DNA of 63,656 nucleotides from Octopus bimaculoides (GCF_001194135.2 NC_068984.1:142222027-142285682); one strand, 5' to 3'; shown: positions 40,411-53,200, numbered from the stretch's first letter. The notes: generated from the sequence alone by a model not told the origin. Translations and numbers: made by a program.

Positions 40411-40688
40411 TCATTTTGTTTTTCAAAGGGAAAATATAGTGTTTTTTTATGAAGCATATCTCTATAGTTTCGTAACGTTGGAGATGTTAATGGCAAAATA
40501 TTGTTTTATTTTATTTTATTTCATTTCATTTTATTTTATTTTACTTTATTTTATTTATTTTTTGAAAATGGTGGACTTGGCAATTTCTGGTCGCATGATT
40601 ACACAACAAATACAGCATTTATGATTTGCACGCACACGCACACACACGCACGCACATGCACGCACGCACACACACACACACACACACA

Positions 40689-40726
<38 letters not shown>

Positions 40727-41834
40727 GTCACGGACGTACAAACATACACCGAACATACGGAAGTACACACAGATCTGCACACATACACGTATATATATAC
40801 ATTTTATATATGTGTTTAAATGCATATATGCATATATGTACATATATATGTGTATCTAAGTGTAATTATATAATAAACATATATATACATTCATACATAT
40901 GTATATACATATACATGCATATATAAATATATACATATATATATGTATATATATGTATACAGATATACATAAATATATGCATATTTATGCACATACATTC
41001 CTACACACGTATATGCATGCTTATATATGCCGTGGTTAGGTCGACGACACACAGACACACGTTGTCTTCTCCATAGCTATTTATAATCGTGTCAGACATA
41101 TTAAAATCTTATACATAAATCGATGAGTTTTGATCAAGTTGTTGATTACGTGGATGATGATGATGCTTTTAGCAATATCTCTGATAGTAATGGTTGTTCG
41201 TTCATCCTAACTAATAAGAACAAAATAAAAATATTAACTAATAATGGTTATAATAACAATAATAATTTCTTTATTGGCTAGTATTTACCTCAAGGGCAAC
41301 ATATAGAGAGACATTACGAATTTTGAATGGTTTGTATAGTTTCGGCTGTAAAAGAGAAATAAAGTTGGTGAACGAATTTGTAAAAATATGGAATGAATGA
41401 AAACTTTCCAACAATGTGAGCAGCTATGTAGGGCTAGTGAAGGAAACCCACAGGCCTAGAACCACCCTTAGTGTTTGTGAAACCGCTCTATTTTAGTGGT
41501 AGTCTGCAGTCGAAGGGCGAATTTTGAGGGATAGCGCATTCAAAGAAGTCAATCGCGCAATCTCTACGACCTTTTCAACAAATTAACTGGAAGTCACTAG
41601 TTTAATCCCTACGCTCATGTTTCACGCGAAGGGGAATGAAAAGAAACCAGCGAGAGTTTGGTAGAAGAGCAAAATGTCGTCTGTATTCAGCATTTCCAAT
41701 CTCGTTCTCTATGCAATCACTTTCACCGAGGCCCATCGCACAATGGAAAACTGTCTGTCTTCCTCAAACCAGATGACGCAAGGGACAGAAGGCGTAAGGA
41801 ATAGAAGACGTAAGGGGCAGAAGACGTAAGAAAA

Positions 41835-43214
41835 AGAATAGATGAGTATCAAGGGAATAGATTATTTGAGACAGACAAAATGAGACTTTATAACCAAATA
41901 AATAGAGGAGAAAGTACTGAAGATAAGAAACCTAATGCAGAAGAATCTAGAAAGTTCTGGAGTAATATCTGGAATAAGCCAGTCACTCATAATGGAGATG
42001 TAGTATGGTTAAAGAAAGTGAAGGTAGAACTAGTGAGTGAGAAGCAGCCAGATCTAAGACTAACTAGTGCATTAATGAGTAAAGTGTTAGGAAAAATGAT
42101 GAATTGGAAGGATCCAGGCCAGATTTAGTTCAAGGATACTGGCTAAAGAAATTTAGCAGTTTACATGGGAGACTGAAGGAATGACTTCAGGATTGCCTGA
42201 ATGGAGAAGTAACATCAAATTGGATGAACGGAATGAGAATAATTCTTATGAAAAACAAAAGCAACTGGTAATTATAGACCAATCACATGCTTACCGTTAG
42301 TATGGAAGCTGCTGACAGGAATGCTCTCAGAAAGCATTTACGATCACCTTGACAGCCAGAATTCGCTGCAAGAAGAACAGAAAGGCTCAGGGAAAAGGCT
42401 AGAGAAAAGCATGATCTATTATACATAAACAAAGTAGTTCTAAATGAAATAAAATCCAGAAAGAAAATTTTAACAATAGCATGGATAGATTATAAGAAGG
42501 TTTATGACATGATTCCACACACATGAAGAAGTGAACGTTTGAGTATATTCAGTATTGTAGACAACAAAAGAGAATTAATTAGCTTTAGCATGAAAAAAGG
42601 GAAAGTAGATCTCTACTCAGGTGAGACACTCTTAGGGAAAGTTAATATCAAGAGAGGAATTTTTCAAAGAGACTCATTATCCCTTTTAATATTTGTCTTT
42701 TGTTTAATCCCTCTCAGTTTGGTATTAAGGAGGGCAAAGGCTGGGTATCAGTTCAGAAATAGTAATGGGAAAATTAACCATTTGTTCTACATTGATGATC
42801 TGATGCTTCTTAGTAAGAATAAAAGAGATATAGATTCTTTAATACAAACTGTAAGACTCTTCAGCAAAGGATATAGGCATGGAATTTGGCATAGATAAGT
42901 GTGCAATATTAGTCATACAAAAGGGACAGGTAGTGAACAGTGAAGGCATTCAATTACCAGATGTCCAGACATTAAAATCACTGAAAGAAGAGAGTTACAA
43001 GTGTCTAGGATTATTAGAATCTGACAGAGAACTATAGAAATGAAAACGAAAATTGAGGAGGAGTACATCAGAAGGGTGAGAAGGCTAATGAAACCAAAGC
43101 TAAATGGTTCGAATCTGGTGACGACTGTAAATACTTGGGCAGTATTTTACTAAGATATTCAGCATCAATAACAACATCAACAACAAATCTGAATTAGCAA
43201 AGCTAGATAGAAGA

Positions 43215-43215
<1 letters not shown>
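41835..43215 (+). mobile_element. R4/Dong-clade reverse transcriptase pseudogene
   Basis: PNAEESRKFWSNIW, NWKDPG.DLVQGYWLK, GNYRPITCLPLVWKLLTG, AWIDYKKVYDMIPH, KRGIFQRDSLS, INHLFYIDDL (YxDD), LNGSNLVTTVNTWAV; several frameshifts and stops. Confidence 0.9.
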
Positions 43216-43290
<75 letters not shown>

Positions 43291-43298
43291 ACAATAAT

Positions 43299-43559
43299 AA
43301 ACATGGGTGTTTTGCTCAACATCCTTAAACAAACCTTATTCAGGAACCTTTTGAGCGGGATGGACTACTCGACCTGAAGAAAATTCTAACTGGGCCCCAC
43401 CTGCGAGGTCATGTACTGTTTATCTTGATATGAGATCACCATGTCGCGCACATATAGTTGTAATGCATGTAATGCATGACGGGTAGTCATGATGAGTATA
43501 CTGGACTTCGTATATTCTACCCCAGTATCACTTTGATGGCATGCACTGCTCTCTCACTC
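43299..43559 (+). mobile_element. Unclassified retroposon family C
   Basis: Matches 23737-23855 and the reverse complement of 48752-48880; ends CTCTCTCACTC then (GAT)/(AAT) tract. Confidence 0.8.
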
Positions 43560-43620
43560 AGTGATGATGATAATGATGATGATAATGATGATGATAATGA
43601 TGATGAAGATGATGATGATA

Positions 43621-43664
<44 letters not shown>

Positions 43665-43744
43665 AATAATAATAATAATAATGATAATATTAATAATAAT
43701 AATGCCTTGATTGACACTAACCTAGAAATTTTCTGTGAGGTGTT

Positions 43745-43923
43745 AGTTGATTAAATCGACCCCATTATTTGACTGGTACTTTATCTTACCGAGTGTGGAA
43801 AGATGAAAGGCAACAATGACTTGAGTGAGATTTGAACACAAGACCTAAAGAACCGGGGAAAATTTTGTTACAGCTCTGTCGACTCTCTCTACTTTTGACG
43901 CTGTAACAATTCTGCCATGGCAG
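43745..43923 (-). mobile_element. Old SINE family B-like copy
   Basis: AATCGACCCC..ACTGGTACTT..GATGAAAGGC..GATTTGAAC. Confidence 0.6.
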
Positions 43924-45872
43924 CAAAACAACAACCTCAATAACTGTAATAAACAGACAAAAAAAAACTGGAAAAAAAGAAATCGCCGTCGCCATCATTA
44001 TCATCATCAGCAGCAGCAACAGCATCAACGACGTAAACACTCTGGAAACAGCAACAACAAGAACAACAACGAGTAATAACCGAAGCAACATTACAGAAAT
44101 GAAAAGAAAAGAAAACAGTAATATTGAGTAAAAAAATATCAACGAAATAATCATGAGTAACAGGAAAACAACAACAACAGTAAATACAACATGCACCACC
44201 AGTGCCAACAACAACAACAAAAATATTTAGCAAAAACAACCTAAAAATACATGTAAAAAAACAACGGTAAAGAATTGTAAACAACAACAACAACAACAAC
44301 GCAAACAGTTTGAAAAAACATAAAAAAAGCAAGATGAACAATAACAATGTTTTGAACACAAATAACAACAACAACAACAACAACAACAACATCATTATCA
44401 TAACAACATCAACGACAACAACATCATTATGACAACAACATCACCACCAACAAGAATAACATCAACGTCATTAACAGCAACAATAACGACAGCATCAGCA
44501 TTATAACAACAACAACAAAACAGCAGTAGCGACACCAGCATTAACAACTTCAACACATCAACAACAACAACAACAACAACAGTCACAATAGCAACTACAG
44601 CAATGGCTGCACTTATAAAATATTACAAAAATGTATTCAAGCAATACCGTGTTGCTTGAACGTAATTGTGGTTGCCAAGGCAACACAAGTGATTCTAACG
44701 CGCAGTCTTCAGATAATGGTCTCCAGTAACTTTGAAGGAATCCATTAAAAATATCAAACAGTTACATAAATATTTCCGAGTGGGTGACCAATGTCACTGA
44801 ACCAGAAGGTAATACACTGGCTGAGTAGACAAGCCTGATCAGGTTTCAAATATCTATTGATGCACCTTGGTTTCATTTTTCTTTCGTAAATAATCTAAGA
44901 AGTGTGGATTAGGAAAATCAGTGGAGCATCGAATAGAGCAGCGTGTTCTGATTTTTATTTACGTCTCTGTGTTCAAATCTTGCCGATTTAGACTTTGCTT
45001 TCAATCCTCTAGTGTTCTTAGAAACAATACCAAATATGACTGCAAATTATGCATAGCTTTAGGGCCAAGAATTCCACCATCCTATTTAATTCCAGATCCG
45101 GGATTTTCACCAAATGCAAGCATATGGACAAGTTTCCTTTGTCATCTGGAGGACATTACACTTTGCAGATTGAGTAGCTATAAAACAGATTTTGGACCCA
45201 GCTCCTTTGAATTATTCTACAGTAACTAGTTTAATTATGACTTCTACAGTCAAAGAGGACGTAACTCTAATTTTCTTTCTTTTCTTTCCTTTCTTTTTCC
45301 GTTTTTAATCTCCCTTTGCTTTCTTATTTCAGTTTTAGTATCAATCTTCCGGGTTTTTTTCTCTCGCGGTTTCTCATGTTCCAGCGTCTGATTTTCAAAT
45401 AGAACGAGCCAAGTTCTCAAAGTCTGAAAATTGTTTGGAGTCACAAGGCGCGTTATAAAACTTGCATAACCACGTGTCTTAATGGCAAGAAACTATTGGT
45501 GACTCTTGCGTTAATACGGTGTACATCAAATGATAATTATCTGTCATTGTATGGCATACTTTGTTATACACATAGATACAGAAGTTTTATACCATATGTT
45601 TCATAAACACTTCGGCGATGCTATTCTGCAGCTTGAAATGAGATTCCAGCCGACAAATTTTGCATTCTATTAAAACCCTCATAGGAGGTCGCTTGTTTCA
45701 TCGTCAGAAGTTGACGAATTTCACATACATAACTTCATAATTCTGGCAATCATAGCAAACGATGAGGTTTTTACAATGTAATATGTACTAGTGGGTTCAA
45801 GGTACGGAAACCATTTTAGCTCATTTACGTTGTATATTTTGGCAGAGTCTAAATATATATATTAATGAAATA

Positions 45873-46469
45873 CAGGATGCCGTAGAATTAACGCACTTTT
45901 TAATTTAGCAATTTCTACAGTACAAAAATTGTTTTCTTTCGTAAATTTTATTATATAACAATTTATTATAGAAGTTAAAGAAACAAAGAAAACCAATTAA
46001 TGAAAATTAATTGCTGTTGTTTTATGAAATTTATAAAGTATTGTTCCAACAAATCAACGTAATTCATTATGAGAAAAAATTTAACATGTTCAAAAGGCCC
46101 AGCCCCGGTTACGTTTTTAGTACAATGCTGAACATTGCCGGCAACATTTCTACAAACCTTTTGACACCTTTCCCCATTAATCGTAGAAAATGTAACAGAA
46201 ATTGCTTGTTTTAATTCAGGAATCGTTTTCGGTTTCAGGGAACAAGCAAGATTTTTCAATACACCCACAAGATAAAGTCGGGTGGTGTTAGGTCTGGTGA
46301 TCGTGATGGCCACTCACTTGCGCTCCGTCGTACTATACTCCTCCTCTCAAAATTAAGAATTGACCATTCCCGAACGTTTAACCTACAGTGAGGTCGTGCA
46401 CCATCCTGTACAAAGCAGAAAACTATGAATAATACAAAAGTGAAAGAGCGTTACTTTTGCCGAACCCTG
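45873..46469 (-). mobile_element. Internally deleted Tc1/mariner element with both TIRs and TA target duplications
   Basis: TA|CAGGATGCCGTAGAATTAACGC versus right end reverse complement CAGGGTTCGGCAAAAGTAACGC (16/22 identical), flanked by TA; minus ORF LVGVLKNLACSLKPKTIPELKQAI...GPFEH is a transposase C-terminus. Confidence 0.85.
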
Positions 46470-46593
46470 TATGGAAAACAAAATTTTGTACAGATGTTTA
46501 ATCACAGCCAAACACTGTACTTCTCATAGGACAATTAACCTATTTTCTTATTATAGCTTTCCGATATAATTGTTAATATTTCAAAATGTGGTA

Positions 46594-46798
46594 AAGCAGA
46601 GAGCTGACAAAATCGTTACTTAGCGTCATTTAGCCCGTCTCCACGTCCTGAGTTCAAATTCCGTGGAGGTCGGCTTTAACTTTTAATCCTTTTGCGGTCG
46701 ATAATGTAAGTGCCAGTCGAGTACTAGGGTCAGTGTAATCGACTTATGCCCTCCTCCGGAAATTGCTAACCTTGTGCCAAAATTTGAAACCGATATTT
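46594..46798 (+). mobile_element. SINE family B
   Basis: CTGAGTTCAAATTCCGTGGAGGTCGGC..GTCGATAATGTAAGTGCCAG..TTGTGCCAAAATTTGAAACC. Confidence 0.8.
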
Positions 46799-46808
46799 CA
46801 AGATGAGA

Positions 46809-47020
46809 AGGCGGCGAGTTAGCAGAAACTTTAGCACGCCAGGCAAAATGCTTAGCGGCATTTTGTCCGTTTTTACGTACAGATTCCGCTGAGGTCACCC
46901 TTGCCTTGCATACTTTCGCAGTTGATAAACTAAGTACCAGTTGTACACTGGGGTCGATGAAATTGACGTGCCGCCTCCCCTCGAAATCGCTGGCCTTCTG
47001 CCATAATTGAAACCGATATT
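46809..47020 (+). mobile_element. SINE family B (tandem with previous copy)
   Basis: GGCGGCGAGTTAGCAGAA..AAGTACCAGTTGTACACTGGGGTCGAT..TTGAAACCGATATTT. Confidence 0.85.
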
Positions 47021-47489
47021 TAAAGGTGTTTGTTTCACCTCAAATCTTCCATCTGCTTGACCCAGGAGTTCATTTCATTCTTTATGACTTGTTTACTAAA
47101 ATATTTTAAAGACATGGGTTCCAGAAAGTTTGGTATTATGCATTGGAAAATCAGACTCTTTCAACTGTTCAGCTTTCAATTCTTAAGATGAATAGATGAG
47201 AGACGAAAAGCGTTGATGAGGAGATTGTGGAAAGATTATACAGCTGCTGCACTACATGTGCCCGGATGCGTGTGAGTACACACAGAAAGAAAGAAAGAAA
47301 GAAAGGGAGAGAGAAAGAGAGAGAGAATGAGAAAGGGAGTGACAGGAGAGAGGGGGAGAATTGTAGTTCGAGTTTCTGCTGCTACAGAAGGAAGCCGAAT
47401 GAGCCAGCGTAGTATGTGAAATAGTAACAAGAATATGGATATCAAAAGTAGCAACGAACATAAGAGCAAAATGGTGGAGAAAAAGAGGA

Positions 47490-47521
47490 GCTGTAGGAGT
47501 AGTAGTGGAAGCAGTAGTAGG

Positions 47522-47552
<31 letters not shown>

Positions 47553-48110
47553 TGGTGGTAGTAGTAGTAGTAGTAGTAATGGTGGTGTGGTGATGGTGGT
47601 GGTAGTGGTGGTGGTAGCAGTAGTAGTACAAGAAGAAGAAGCAGAAGGAGAAGAAGCAGAAGAAGAAGAAGAAGAAGAAGAAGAAGAAGAAGAAGAAGAA
47701 GAAGAAGAAGAAGAGGTGCAGAGGTAGTAGTAAATAGATGAAGAATAGAATAGGAAGAAAAAGAGGAATAACAATATAACAATAGCGTCTACAACAATAA
47801 GTGAATGAAAATGTGAGGACATTTTGGAGGCTCATCAATTGGTTGAAGAAGGAATCTAAAATGGAAGGAAGACAGAAAGAAAATCTGATGACTTATGATG
47901 ATGTAACGAGGAGGACAACAGTGGTTGGGAAGATGAAACAAAAATAACGATAGCATCACCATCAACATCATTATCGACAACAGCAACAACAACATCATCA
48001 TAAACAAAAAACACCAAGAACAAGGACAACGATAACAACAACAACATCAGCAGCAGCGGCAGTAGCAGCAACAGCAAGAAGAAGAAGAAGAAGAAAAATA
48101 AGAGCCAGAA
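47490..48110. repeat. Compound low-complexity trinucleotide region (AGT, GGT, AGA, AAC)
   Basis: Direct reading. Confidence 0.9.
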
Positions 48111-48751
48111 CAGAAACAACAGGCGATGACGTGGATTTCGTTAATCACGAGTTTCCTAAAGTCAACGAATGGAAGTAAAAAAAAAGTTAACTTTCGACAA
48201 CGAGCGCGTATACAACCACTGCAACCACTACAACCACTACAACCACCACCATGACAGCTACCATTAGCAACACATCATCTGTCACTACTACTCTCACCTC
48301 CACAGCTTTCCCACCACCATTATCACGGTCATTGCAATCGTCATCATCACAGATATTCCCCACACGACAACAACTTTACCACCATCCCCTCCTTCAGCAA
48401 CTACCTCTTTACAACACCACGTACGTTGCCACTGTCAATACTAACAACACCAACACCACCGATGGTGCTGATCACCATCGCTACCACTAACGCTACCATG
48501 ACCACCACTATCATGACGAAAACGAGAACAACGACTACGACCACGACGACGACGACGACGACCACCACCACCACCACCACCATTACCAACATCTCTATAA
48601 AAAGAAACTAGCCTTATAACTATAATTATGACCACCTTAACTATTACCTGTATCACCACCATGGTAATTATCTACACCGTAGTCATAATGCCTGTGCTTA
48701 TTTTATTATTATTATTATTATTGTGTGAGAGGCATATATATCATTATTATT

Positions 48752-48993
48752 GAGTACACCAGGCACATACATCACATATCACATATCAAGATAAATAGCG
48801 CATGACTTTGCAGGTGGGGCCCAGTTAGAATTTTCTTCAGGTCGAGTAGCCCATCCTGCTTAAAAGGTCCCTGAATATATATGTATTGAGAGGTGAATAA
48901 TCCAAATCCCAAAGAATTCTTTTCAACACATGGCTATGATGTCATTCCCAACAACTTCCGCTCGTGATCAGAGATGCACATATCGTCAGCCAC
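48752..48993 (-). mobile_element. Unclassified retroposon family C (extends further 5')
   Basis: GCAGGTGGGGCCCAGTTAGAATTTTCTTCAGGTCGAGTAG is the reverse complement of about 43366-43405. Confidence 0.8.
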
Positions 48994-49561
48994 AATGACT
49001 CACTCAGAGTTATTTCCCTTCGGCTTGAAATACAAAAATTGCCTTCAAGCGGTATGGAGGTCGTTTTTGTTCCAGCTGGAACATTTCTCACTTTTATGGT
49101 ACCTACTTCTCAGGTTACTTTCATTAAATCACTTTTAGTCGTCTCAACATCCATATTGTGCTCTCTTTCAATCCCGCCACAAAAAAAATAAACAAATACA
49201 ACAACAAAAAGAAATAAATAAAAGTCAATAAATAAATGAATAAATAGTAGTCATTTCTCCGCAGACGATCGAACCTGAACGATTCAATTCGTACGCATGT
49301 TCAATTCGTACAAACGACCTACAGATGTTTTAGAAGTTTCACTATAAAATAGATCTCATATCTCACGAGATCTTCGAAGGGAGTCAGCACTTCCGATTTC
49401 TCTAAAACACATCTTTAAAAAATAGGGTTCATTTCCAGATAATTATAAATACTACCAACGAAATTTCGAATTTGTTCGTAATTACTGCATGGAAATATAC
49501 GTGCATACACACACATACATACACATACATATCGACATATTTTATATATATATATATATAA

Positions 49562-49890
49562 GCAAAAATTTAGATTCAGGTGAAAATGGTACTTAAGTTT
49601 AGGCACCTAGTACGGTATTATCCATACAATTTCAGAGAAAGGTGATTAAAATCAAAATAAGCAACAAGGATATCCAGAGGTAGTGCAGTACGATCGTTTC
49701 ATGCAACTCCATTTAATTGAACAATGTAATCATTACATCAATTTAGATGCAGAGCAATCCTCAGCAATCCTCAAGGATATAGAATTTAATTAAATTAGAA
49801 CAGATGGACACATTATTATAACTATACCTAAAATCTCCAAGGAGTTAAGGAAAAAAACAAAGAACATTTTGCTTCAGCTACACCATAGAA
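49562..49890 (+). repeat. Unclassified dispersed repeat (family I)
   Basis: Reverse-complement match to 54352-54460 (TTCAGGTGAA..TTAGGCACC..TTATCCATACA..AAGGTGATTAAAATCAAAATAAGCAA). Confidence 0.75.
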
Positions 49891-50000
49891 GCTATATATA
49901 TATATACTTCGTTTTGGGATTTGGTTTGCAAGATTCTTGATGCGAGTTCGTGTGTTGAAGCATATATTGTTGTGTCTGGGGAAAGTCATTCACTTTTAAA

Positions 50001-50172
50001 GCCTTATTATTTAACACACGCACCGGTAAAGTTTCCATTCATTTACTTATTTATTTTTCAAACGGCTATTTTTCAAACGTCTATTGAGAAGGTTGCAAGA
50101 CGCAACGAAAATTTTAGGAAATATAAATAAATGAGTGGAAACTTTACCAGTGCGTGTGTTAAATAATGAGGC
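50001..50172. mobile_element. Foldback/MITE-like element with about 50-bp inverted ends
   Basis: GCCTTATTATTTAACACACGCACCGGTAAAGTTTCCATTCATTTA versus TAAATGAGTGGAAACTTTACCAGTGCGTGTGTTAAATAATGAGGC. Confidence 0.75.
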
Positions 50173-50221
50173 AATAAAAGCGAATGACTTTCCTCAGACT
50201 CAACAGCACACACACGCACAT

Positions 50222-50253
<32 letters not shown>

Positions 50254-50280
50254 GCTTGTGCATTGATGTGTGTATGTTTT

Positions 50281-50322
<42 letters not shown>

Positions 50323-51451
50323 TGAGTGTATGTGTAGTGTTATTTATTTTGTTGCAAAGATAGGTAGATATAAAGATGGGTAAAGAGATATAGATACCAG
50401 GCAGAAGCATGGTTAGATAGCTAAATCGACGTAGCCTCAGGGATCAGCACCTTTCACAATTCTTGTCCCCTGTAGGCAGCTTCATTGTATGCAAAATGAA
50501 TTGAAAAACTGGTGAATGTATTTGACTAACCCTTGAAATAAACTAGAAATATGCAACATGTACACTTTTACGAAATTCTCTAGAAATGGTATAAATGTGA
50601 ATAGCTGCATGTAAATATCTATAAATATATGCCTATATATGTATATATACACCTATATATATATATATATATNNNNNNNNNNNNNNNNNNNNNNNNNNNN
50701 NNNNNNNNNNNNNNNNNNNNNNNNNNNNNNNNNNNNNNNNNNNNNNNNNNNNNNNNNNNNNNNNNNNNNNNNNNNNNNNNNNNNNNNNNNNNNNNNNNNN
50801 NNNNNNNNNNNNNNNNNNNNNNNNNNNNNNNNNNNNNNNNNNNNNNNNNNNNNNNNNNNNNNNNNNNNNNNNNNNNNNNNNNNNNNNNNNNNNNNNNNNN
50901 NNNNNNNNNNNNNNNNNNNNNNNNNNNNNNNNNNNNNNNNNNNNNNNNNNNNNNNNNNNNNNNNNNNNNNNNNNNNNNNNNNNNNNNNNNNNNNNNNNNN
51001 NNNNNNNNNNNNNNNNNNNNNNNNNNNNNNNNNNNNNNNNNNNNNNNNNNNNNNNNNNNNNNNNNNNNNNNNNNNNNNNNNNNNNNNNNNNNNNNNNNNN
51101 NNNNNNNNNNNNNNNNNNNNNNNNNNNNNNNNNNNNNNNNNNNNNNNNNNNNNNNNNNNNNNNNNNNNNNNNNNNNNNNNNNNNNNNNNNNNNNNNNNNN
51201 NNNNNNNNNNNNNNNNNNNNNNNNNNNNNNNNNNNNNNNNNNNNNNNNNNNNNNNNNNNNNNNNNNNNNNNNNNNNNNNNNNNNNNNNNNNNNNNNNNNN
51301 NNNNNNNNNNNNNNNNNNNNNNNNNNNNNNNNNNNNNNNNNNNNNNNNNNNNNNNNNNATATATATATATTCACATTAATAGGTAGATATGTATATATAA
51401 TTATGAAGGTACACAAACATATATATGGAAGTTTACATATGTACGTAAATC

Positions 51452-51500
<49 letters not shown>

Positions 51501-52381
51501 ATAAATGTGTGTCTAACCATCTATTTATATATAGACAAATGTATATATATATATATACACACACATTATTCATGTGTATCGTAAAAAACGTCCGCGTGAA
51601 TATGTAGACATGAAATACAAGTAATTTTAAAGAAGAAACAAACTGTATAATTGAAATACACTATAGATAAATACATACTACATAAAAACATCCGTATCTG
51701 CATGCATATGTCTGTGTGTGTGTGTGTACATGTGTCTGTATGTGTGTGTTTATGTGTGTGTGAGTGTACAAGCATTTATGCATTCGAAAATCTGTGTATG
51801 TCTCTGCATACGCGCTTACATAGAGCCATATATCATACATACATACAAGCATAAGTATGTACACACACATACACACACACTCATACACACAGATGTGTAT
51901 TATACACACGTATAACATATGCATTTCAATGAGAATAATTATCCATAGTCTCACTTATATTTCTATATCGCTACATATCACAGTAGATTTATAAATAAAT
52001 AGTTATAGAGACAGATGGGTAGATAGAGACAGTATGGAATACATAATGCAACATAAAAATTGATGGATAATATTGTAGGCAGAAGTAGGAAAAAAAATGG
52101 ATAGAAGAGGGAATAGAAATTGAGATAAATAAAAGAAGGATGGCTTGATCGATTGCAAGATCGAAAGAGAGATAGACTAATCGATTCCTGATCAGACAGA
52201 TAAATGTCTAAATAATGTTCTTTTCACATTATATAAATGTGAATATATAAACACAGACACGCAGGCATAGTTAAACACAAACGTATCTCTTTCTCTCTCT
52301 TTCCCTTTCTCTCTCCCTCTCTTTCTCTGTATCGATCACTCTATATATCTGTCTCTCTGTCTCTGTCTCTCTGTATATATA

Positions 52382-52685
52382 CAGTGGCTGTATGGTAAGA
52401 AGCTTGCTTCCTAACCATATGGTCTTGGGTTCAGTCCCAATTCGTGGCACCTTGGGCAAGTGTCTTCTACTATAGCATAGGGCTGGCCAAATCCTTCTGA
52501 GTGGATTTGGTAGATGGAAACTGAAAGAAGCCCGTCGTATGTATATATATTTATGTTTGTGTGTGTATGTGTGTGCTTCTATGTAGGTGTTTGTCCCCCA
52601 CCACCATCGCTGTTGGCGTGTTTTGGTCCCCGTAACTTAGCGGCTAGGCAAAAGAAACTGATAGAATAAGTAACAAGCTTACAAG

Positions 52686-52686
<1 letters not shown>
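52382..52686 (+). mobile_element. SINE family A, 3'-truncated into (TA)n
   Basis: Head, GGCACCTTGGGCAAGTGTC box and part of the 3' module. Confidence 0.9.
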
Positions 52687-52776
<90 letters not shown>

Positions 52777-53102
52777 GTCGTACTAATGTGTTTACAGTGA
52801 AGTGTCTTCAGAGCTTTTTTAGCCGTCACTGCGTGTACTATTTCCTTATACGCAAGATAGATGCAAACTTCTCTGATATTTCAACAATGTCTCCGTTGAC
52901 TCTAAAACATGCAGCGAGAAGACGCCTGTGTCGTTTCAAATATTCATATTGTGTCATTTCCAATCAGTTATTGTACACTTTACCGCTGGCACAACGTTGT
53001 GCCTGGAACTAAATCAGATAGATTCATGTTTGTATATTCGCTACATGTTTAACTCTACCGTTTGTTACATAAATTATTAAAGAACCAACAGCATTTCTTT
53101 TC

Positions 53103-53184
53103 GATAGCGTGGCCAAGTGGTCTAAGGCGCTGGTTTTAGGCATCAGTCTCTTCGGAGGCGTGGGTTCGAATCCCACCGCTGACG
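53103..53184 (+). tRNA. trnL-TAG: tRNA-Leu(TAG), 82 nt, with atypical bases (possible pseudogene)
   Basis: GATAGCG TG GCC AAGTGGTCTAA GGC G CTGGT TTTAGGC ATCAG TCTCTTCGGAGGC GTGGG TTCGAAT CCCAC CGCTGAC G; class II variable arm; near-identical to the eukaryotic Leu-TAG consensus; A2:A71 mismatch and G73. Confidence 0.9.
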
Positions 53185-53192
53185 CAATATAG

Positions 53193-53197
53193 TTTTT
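53193..53197 (+). terminator. Pol III terminator (T5) of the tRNA
   Basis: TTTTT starting 9 nt after the tRNA 3' end. Confidence 0.7.
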
Positions 53198-53200
53198 GTA

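Noticed and set aside
43920-44600. Long AAC-rich stretch giving hydrophobic minus-strand ORFs
   Set aside because: Degenerate (AAC)n low-complexity sequence; the apparent membrane-protein composition is a repeat artefact.
52988-53003. Perfect 16-bp palindrome GGCACAACGTTGTGCC upstream of the tRNA
   Set aside because: About one such palindrome is expected by chance in 50 kb (50000/4^8, roughly 0.8).
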